Assembly (NCBI GenBank): GCA_025210805.1
Contig: JAOAQX010000029.1
Span: 12,962 to 76,961 of the forward strand
DNA: 64,000 nt
Direction of reading: 5' to 3'
DNA from: Flavobacteriales bacterium
GTDB taxonomy: Bacteria > Bacteroidota > Bacteroidia > Flavobacteriales > CAJXXR01
This document shows positions 58,870 to 64,000 of the stretch, piece after piece (the stretch's first letter is position 1; each line of letters starts with the position of its first letter). Position numbers and translations under genes: made by a program. The notes under the pieces are model-generated. The model was not told the DNA's origin. It saw only the letters and a list, made by a program, of their open reading frames with translations, and did no database searches.

Positions 58870-59205
58870 TTAACAACATTCGTTATCTGTACAAGAATTG
58901 TTTGTATCAAAAAAATACTCAAAAGCCTTGGCATACTTTTGCCAGTTCTCTTGATTGATACAATAACAAACTCTCGTTCCTTCCACTGTTCCTTGAATCA
59001 GTCCAATATTTTTGAGTTCTTTTAGGTGTTGAGAAATCGTCGCTTGGGCTAAACCAATAACATCTACCAAATCTCCACAAACACAAGCATTCAGGCTCAA
59101 TAAATGCTCCAAAATAGCAATACGAGCAGGATGCCCAAGTACTTTTGCAATCTTGGCAAGTTCATTTTGTTTTTCGGTAAATATTTCACTTTTAGTGACG
59201 CCCAT
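58870..59205 (-). CDS. arsR: ArsR/SmtB family metalloregulator
   Basis: Winged-HTH with the CVCGDL metal site (LNACVCGDLVD), plus an additional C-terminal NNSCTDNECC tail. Confidence 0.85.
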   Translation of the reverse strand: MGVTKSEIFTEKQNELAKIAKVLGHPARIAILEHLLSLNACVCGDLVDVIGLAQATISQHLKELKNIGLIQGTVEGTRVCYCINQENWQKYAKAFEYFFDTNNSCTDNECC

Positions 59206-59224
59206 TTTTTTAGATTTAAAATCT

Positions 59225-59241
59225 TATCGCAATATTACGAT
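59225..59241. promoter_or_regulatory. Putative ArsR operator 1 (upstream of arsR)
   Basis: TATCGCAATATTACGAT, 15/17 identical to the site at 58826-58842. It has the same 20-36 nt spacing from its start codon. Confidence 0.5.
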
Positions 59242-59462
59242 AATTAAAATACAACGCATGAAAAAGATCAAATAAATGAAAAAAAATATTTGGTATACGA
59301 AGTTTCTAAACTAGAAATCTTACTGAAAATGAATTCTATTGCAGTTTAAATACCATCCATCGAAATTTACAGAGTAGGTTCAATTTTTTAAATATTTTAC
59401 TGGATAAGAACACTTTTTTGTAGAAAATTTACTTTTTGAAATACTCATTAAACAATACCATC

Positions 59463-60455
59463 ATGGAATATAAAGAGCATATCGTTAATTTAGATTTACC
59501 TCCTGCAGTGCGGTGGGAATTCTTAAAGAATCACGTAGGCAAAATCAATGATTTAATGCAATGTTATCTAGATGATTTTTTGGGTGTGGAGGATGAGTTT
59601 ATCGCTAATTTACACAAATTAAAAGGTCAATTAGTTTCTAAAGATTATATAGAGGAAATAGACTTTTTGGCAAAAATAACGGGTTATTCACCGCCTGCCG
59701 TGCTTCTTCAAAACTTGTATTACGATGCCATGAAGATGTATATTGGTTGTGCTTCAGTAGCTATTGAAACTAAGGACGGTAATATGCTCCATGCACGTAA
59801 TTTAGACTGGTGGTCTGATAATGATATCCTGAGCCGTTATACAGAGGTGTTTGATTTCCAAAGAAATGGAAAGACAGTTTATAAATCTGTAGCTTGGCTC
59901 GGTTATTTCGGGGTTATTTCGGGGATAAAACCCAATGCTTTTTCTGTTACTATTAATGCGGCATCTAGTCATGAGAGTTTTCAAATAGCCAAACCAGTAA
60001 CTTATTTACTCCGAGAAGTTTTAGATACTTGTGAGACCTACGAAGAGGCAAAAGAAATGCTTATAAACACCAAGCTTATGAGTGATTCTATTCTCACACT
60101 AGTGGGGGCGAAAAAAGGGCAAAAAACCATCATTGAAAGAACACCTACTAAAGCTAAGGTTTTGGAAAATTCTGGAGAAGTACTTATAGCTACAAATCAT
60201 TATCTCCAAATAGAAAATTTAGTAATCGATGGTCAAAAAATTCAAGAGTCATCTGAAGCTAGATATCAGGCACTAGAACAAAATCTTGATAAAAAAATAC
60301 CTCAAAATCTTGAAGAATGTATGGCACTTATCCAGCAGCCCGATGTGGCTATGGAGATTACGGCACAACATATTGCTTTTGACATAAAAAGTGGTAGAAT
60401 TGATTTTGTTCGTGCTCATGAAAACAGAATAAATTCTCATTTGGGAAAGAAATGA
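59463..60455 (+). CDS. Acid ceramidase / N-acylethanolamine acid amidase (NAAA)-like Ntn hydrolase
   Basis: NLDLPPAVRW (alpha-subunit-like), nucleophile context IGCASVAIETKDGNMLHARNLDW, then FDFQRNGKTVYKSVAWLGYFGVISGIKPNAFSVTINA and TYEEAKEMLINTKL. These align by eye with human ASAH1 ([66 protein letters not shown]). Start set at ATG 59463. Confidence 0.7.
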   Translation: MEYKEHIVNLDLPPAVRWEFLKNHVGKINDLMQCYLDDFLGVEDEFIANLHKLKGQLVSKDYIEEIDFLAKITGYSPPAVLLQNLYYDAMKMYIGCASVAIETKDGNMLHARNLDWWSDNDILSRYTEVFDFQRNGKTVYKSVAWLGYFGVISGIKPNAFSVTINAASSHESFQIAKPVTYLLREVLDTCETYEEAKEMLINTKLMSDSILTLVGAKKGQKTIIERTPTKAKVLENSGEVLIATNHYLQIENLVIDGQKIQESSEARYQALEQNLDKKIPQNLEECMALIQQPDVAMEITAQHIAFDIKSGRIDFVRAHENRINSHLGKK

Positions 60456-60534
60456 CAAGGGGGGTATAGAAATGTAATTTATTATTAAAAATGAGTCTTT
60501 TGTAGAATGTGCTGTGAGGAGTTTTTTGTCTAGC

Positions 60535-61008
60535 TTAATTTAAAATATTTCTCCACTTATCTGATTCTGCATATTCTTTAATAGTTTGATTTCTTATTTT
60601 TAAAAATGATTTTATATATTTTTCAAGAAACAATATATCCGCAAATTTTCCTATAAGACCTAAAGGTAATTTATAGTCAAAAATATCGATCATTAGCGTT
60701 TTATTTTTAGATTCTTTAAAAATGTGCTGATGTTTGAAACTCTTAAAGATTCCCTTTTCCATTTCATCCACAAAATAATTTGGAATTTCGAGTTCAGTAA
60801 TTTTGGAAGTCAAGGTTTGATAAACTCCAAAGTGTTTTGCTTTCCAAGTTACCGATTCATTTTTATTAATCAATCCAGTAGTTATACCCGCAATTGCCTT
60901 TTCATTTGTATGCTTTGTCGAAATTTTGTGAAGATCAATACTCCTTGATAAGTCAAAAACAATTTTTATAGGTGCATTAATTTCTGTTTCTAATTCTATT
61001 AGTGGCAT
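60535..61008 (-). CDS. SRPBCC (START/polyketide-cyclase-like) superfamily protein
   Basis: 157 aa. The N-terminus IELETEINAPIKIVFDLSRSIDLH is typical of SRPBCC family members. Confidence 0.5.
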   Translation of the reverse strand: MPLIELETEINAPIKIVFDLSRSIDLHKISTKHTNEKAIAGITTGLINKNESVTWKAKHFGVYQTLTSKITELEIPNYFVDEMEKGIFKSFKHQHIFKESKNKTLMIDIFDYKLPLGLIGKFADILFLEKYIKSFLKIRNQTIKEYAESDKWRNILN

Positions 61009-61026
61009 TGTTTTTTATTTTTCTGC

Positions 61027-61055
61027 ATATAAAAATACTTACTTTTCATGGATAA
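61027..61055. promoter_or_regulatory. Copy A of a shared 29-nt upstream motif
   Basis: atataaaaatacttactttTCATggataa, 19-47 nt upstream of the SRPBCC start. Matches 62705-62733 at 25/29 positions (19 contiguous). Confidence 0.4.
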
Positions 61056-61177
61056 TGAGCTTCAAATGAACTTGAATATATTTTGGTTTGTATTATTAGA
61101 ATTAGAACAAGAGACTGCCAGATTTTCTATTTTTTTATTCTTCAATTGAGGAAACTTTGGTCTGAGGTTTATTGAGA

Positions 61178-61507
61178 TTAGTTAGTGGGCGTAGTGTTTT
61201 TATTCATTTTATTTAACTCAGTATCTTTTTTCCAAATGAAGAATAAACCTGAAATGAAATAGAAAATTATGAGAAACCAAGTCCATTCAGTTTTTATTTT
61301 TTTCTCCAGATTTTTATAACCCCAAAGTCGGTAAATCAGATATCCGATTTGAATTAAAATCATTCCGCTTACAAATGGTGCTAAATATTCGTATCCAATA
61401 ACGTTATTTGTGATCCACTTGAAAAAGTTCATATTCCAATAGGTTAATGCATCAACAAATCCGAGGATTGATGGAATTGATAATAATATTTTCGTCAGTT
61501 TCGTCAT
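61178..61507 (-). CDS. Hypothetical 3-TM membrane protein (109 aa)
   Basis: ATG start and three hydrophobic helices. No recognisable family. Confidence 0.45.
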   Translation of the reverse strand: MTKLTKILLSIPSILGFVDALTYWNMNFFKWITNNVIGYEYLAPFVSGMILIQIGYLIYRLWGYKNLEKKIKTEWTWFLIIFYFISGLFFIWKKDTELNKMNKNTTPTN

Positions 61508-61638
61508 AAATTCTTGTGATTTATTGAGGTTTGATAATGTTATTTAAGTTAGCGAGGTAAAGTGTTATTGATTAGAGATTATGAGGGTGATGTATCACAA
61601 TTTGTTTGTGAATAGGAAGCTTGTATTAATGAGTAATT

Positions 61639-61839
61639 TCATTTTTTTATGATAAATTCCTTGAGCCAAATAACAAAAGCAAAAATACTCAGAAATAACG
61701 CTCCAATATTTTTTAAAGCAAGGTTCTTCCAGTCTGTTGATAGTCTTATGTTTTCGAAAATGATTCCTAAAAGTAGCGGAATAATCATTATTGAAATCAA
61801 TGATCGATTACTTTGGTTAGGTATGATTTGTTTAAGCAA
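61639..61839 (-). CDS. Possible small 2-TM membrane protein (66 aa)
   Basis: TTG start 4 nt after the upstream stop. Two hydrophobic segments. Coding status uncertain. Confidence 0.3.
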   Translation of the reverse strand: MLKQIIPNQSNRSLISIMIIPLLLGIIFENIRLSTDWKNLALKNIGALFLSIFAFVIWLKEFIIKK

Positions 61840-61843
61840 ATTT

Positions 61844-62596
61844 TTAAGGTAAAACCATTGGTCCGATTATTTTCATCCACAGTATAAACCCTGATACTCC
61901 TCCAATCAGTCCACTTAGGATAAAAGTCTTGTGTAAATTTCTTGGAATAATTTTGAAAACAATATAAATAGACACTAAAAGTCCCAATGTACCTAAGAGT
62001 ATAGGAATTGTTCCTGACCCAAGGTTTAAGTAATGAGAGAGATAATATTCATCACCACTAAACCAGTTACCATTTGGTGATATTATTTCTGAACCGATTG
62101 AATACATGAGATTGAATATTTCCCTTAACCAAAACAGTCCTAGGAATATGGCTAACCAATCAATGATCATTAAGCCCTTGGTATGGATAGATTCTTTGCG
62201 AAGTAATAATATTATTAATCCTATAATTCCTGTAAGAATTGTTTGTAATGGACCACCAAGAGTTATATAAATACCATTGTTTGATTTCTTATTCCAATAT
62301 CTTTTTTCTAAGATTTTTCTATATTCCTCAGATTTCTCCTTTACATCGTTAGGCCAAGTTTCATAATCGATATCCAAATAGGCTTTTGTTAAAAATTTGT
62401 AAGCTTTCAAATCTTCATCCTTTAGATAGCCTTTAGGATAATAGTTCATACTTCCGTAATGTAATCTGGTTTCGTATCCAAAATGTTTTGCAACAACTAT
62501 ATGCCCATATTCATGACTCACCGTCCCGATTGCTGTAAACAAAATAAAAGCAATTGTCAAAATGATGAAATATTTTATGTTAATAGTGAAGTACAT
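61844..62596 (-). CDS. Membrane-embedded HExxH protein, peptidase M50B-like
   Basis: 250 aa. HEYGH lies at the end of TM1 (TVSHEYGHIVVAKHFGY), followed by a soluble insert and then about 4 more TM segments. Confidence 0.4.
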   Translation of the reverse strand: MYFTINIKYFIILTIAFILFTAIGTVSHEYGHIVVAKHFGYETRLHYGSMNYYPKGYLKDEDLKAYKFLTKAYLDIDYETWPNDVKEKSEEYRKILEKRYWNKKSNNGIYITLGGPLQTILTGIIGLIILLLRKESIHTKGLMIIDWLAIFLGLFWLREIFNLMYSIGSEIISPNGNWFSGDEYYLSHYLNLGSGTIPILLGTLGLLVSIYIVFKIIPRNLHKTFILSGLIGGVSGFILWMKIIGPMVLP

Positions 62597-62704
62597 TCAA
62601 ATGTGTAATAAGCGGGGTCTGTACACTAACTCAATTATTGCAATTTTGGGAAGACTAATAGAGTAAACCCATTGATTTTTAAACGACTATTTTTTGTATT
62701 CAGA

Positions 62705-62733
62705 ATATAAAAATACTTACTTTCTTTGGATAA
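62705..62733. promoter_or_regulatory. Copy B of the shared 29-nt upstream motif
   Basis: atataaaaatacttactttCTTTggataa, 109-137 nt upstream of the M50B-like gene start. Confidence 0.4.
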
Positions 62734-62936
62734 AGGTTTTTTAAATAGTAGATGTACTTCTTAGCACCTCGTTGTGTCTTAAATGAATAGTCTCTTTTTT
62801 AATTGTTTATGATTTATGGTATGAAAGTTTGAATACAAACAAACACTCTTATATTTTTAGTCTTATTGATGTTTTCTGGACAGCTTACTAAGCTCTGTTT
62901 TTTTTTTGTGAGTATTTGAAAGATTAGTTATTGGCA

Positions 62937-64000
62937 TTAGTTTATTTTTTTAAATAAAATATCTTTCACAGTTCCTTCAGAGGCAATCAAAAAAGAAATC
63001 ACTTTCCCAGCTTTATTTCGTTTAAAGGAATACTTTGTTCTCCTATTTGCCCCAAAAGTATCTTTTACACCTTCTTTAATTTGAATGCCTTCATTATTGG
63101 GATAACTTAAAATTAGATTGTTATTTTCATTTGAAATGGAATAAGTGACATTGAGTTCGTCTGAGTAATAGTTTCCAATAAAATCATCTAAATTTTTATT
63201 AGGAGTTTTATGAAGTTTGATGCTTTCGAAGTAAAAAATCGCACCTCCGAAATCTACCAATAGATCAGCACCTGAATTTTCTTCTGTTTGAAATGTATAT
63301 ACAATAGAAGGGTTATCAATTCGAGCGAATGAGTTAATGCTTTTTGAAATTAAGGGTGTTGCATTTCTACCAAAACTACTTATGGCTTTTAATGTGTCAT
63401 TTTCAACGAAAATTTCCATTCTTAAATCACTGTTTAACTCTTGATATATACCACTAAATTCATTTTTTTGGTTAATAGAATGTTTGTAGGCCGTTTGTTT
63501 TGTATTCTCTTCGGGAGATACTTCATCCATAAATAGATTGAGTATTTCATAGGAGATATTTACAGCATTAATGTTTTCAGAATTGGTGAAAACAATGATT
63601 GCTAAATTTTTCTTTGGGATACATATAAATTGGGAGCGCATGCCTAAGTCCCTACCACTATGGTTATATGTCTTATATCCTTTGTAAGGGGAAACAAACA
63701 TTCCTCGAGCATGTTTCATAAGCTGTCCGTTGTTTAAGTTGTCTAATTCGGTTATAAACTGTGCTAAATAGAAAAAGTTATGTTTTGGATTTAAAAATAT
63801 ATTAGACCATTTTGATAAATCTTGAATTGTGCTTCCCATTCCACCTGCACCTATACAATGTGTTAAGGATTTGGGTTGATGATATTCACCGTTTTTTTTG
63901 TAATAAGAATATGCTCTGTTTTCAACAATATTTTCTAAGCTCTCACTGTAAAATGTCTTATGCATTTTCAATGGTTCAAAAATTTCTTTTTTTGCAAATT
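62937..64000 (-). CDS. Beta-lactamase-family serine hydrolase, C-terminal part; 5' end lies outside the window
   Basis: GAGGMGSTIQDLSKW and HSG (KTG-equivalent, YNHSGRDLG) motifs. The SxxK region is absent and the frame stays open to base 64000, because the listed Met is a TTG Leu codon. Followed by an extra ~180-aa C-terminal domain. Confidence 0.55.
   Translation of the reverse strand, partial: FAKKEIFEPLKMHKTFYSESLENIVENRAYSYYKKNGEYHQPKSLTHCIGAGGMGSTIQDLSKWSNIFLNPKHNFFYLAQFITELDNLNNGQLMKHARGMFVSPYKGYKTYNHSGRDLGMRSQFICIPKKNLAIIVFTNSENINAVNISYEILNLFMDEVSPEENTKQTAYKHSINQKNEFSGIYQELNSDLRMEIFVENDTLKAISSFGRNATPLISKSINSFARIDNPSIVYTFQTEENSGADLLVDFGGAIFYFESIKLHKTPNKNLDDFIGNYYSDELNVTYSISNENNNLILSYPNNEGIQIKEGVKDTFGANRRTKYSFKRNKAGKVISFLIASEGTVKDILFKKIN

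Noticed and set aside
61044-61055. TTATCCATG / TTATCCAAA (minus-strand reading of the shared motif) as DnaA boxes or an origin
   Set aside because: They do not match TTATCCACA at the critical 3' positions. There are only two copies 1.7 kb apart, with no dnaA/dnaN or AT-rich unwinding-element context.
1-64000. Search by eye for rRNA, tRNA, tmRNA, CRISPR arrays, transposases, integrases, phage genes, toxin-antitoxin pairs and known defence systems
   Set aside because: No ORF has recombinase, transposase or RT motifs. No regularly spaced direct repeats were found. No GTTCGAATC-type tRNA T-arm consensus stood out. A covariance-model scan (tRNAscan-SE, Infernal) would be needed to exclude small RNAs fully.

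Overview
AT-rich (about one-third GC by eye) chromosomal window. It is almost certainly from a Bacteroidota, Flavobacteriia-like genome. Support: gldF/gldG gliding genes, a T9SS C-terminal sorting domain, TAnnTTTG -7 promoter boxes, an OlsF-like aminolipid acyltransferase and a fused E1 alpha/beta dehydrogenase. Most of the window is housekeeping: uvrA, aroA/aroB, rpoD, bcp, recA, ddl, kynA, phoH, purC and typA. Accessory blocks are interleaved with these genes. (i) An AT-rich orphan-gene island lies at 854-1869, next to an O-antigen ligase/polymerase-like gene. (ii) A six-gene minus-strand glycan operon spans 28.3-35.4 kb: GT2, AsnB-like amidotransferase, GT4, WecA/MraY-like transferase, outer-membrane barrel and a small membrane protein. 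(iii) A monocistronic gene encodes a secreted Lys/Cys-rich low-complexity protein (35570-35950). (iv) A six-gene operon is built around gldF-gldG (38.1-43.0 kb). (v) A 7.7-kb gene encodes a 2566-aa T9SS-targeted mosaic protein with an M4 protease, PKD x6, CUB, GEVED x2 and a duplicated super-repeat. (vi) An arsR-DUF6428-arsC-acr3 operon has two near-identical operator-like palindromes. (vii) There is a eukaryote-like acid ceramidase/NAAA homologue. (viii) A cluster of small membrane proteins sits with an M50B-like HExxH protease. I found no rRNA, tRNA, CRISPR array, transposase, integrase or recognisable defence system. If something undescribed is here, I have four best candidates. They are the Lys/Cys-rich secreted protein, the matching Cys-tails of ArsR and DUF6428, the 118-nt inverted-repeat element beside an orphan gene at about 27.5 kb, and the architecture of the giant T9SS protein. 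All family assignments come from motif recognition by eye, not from database searches.
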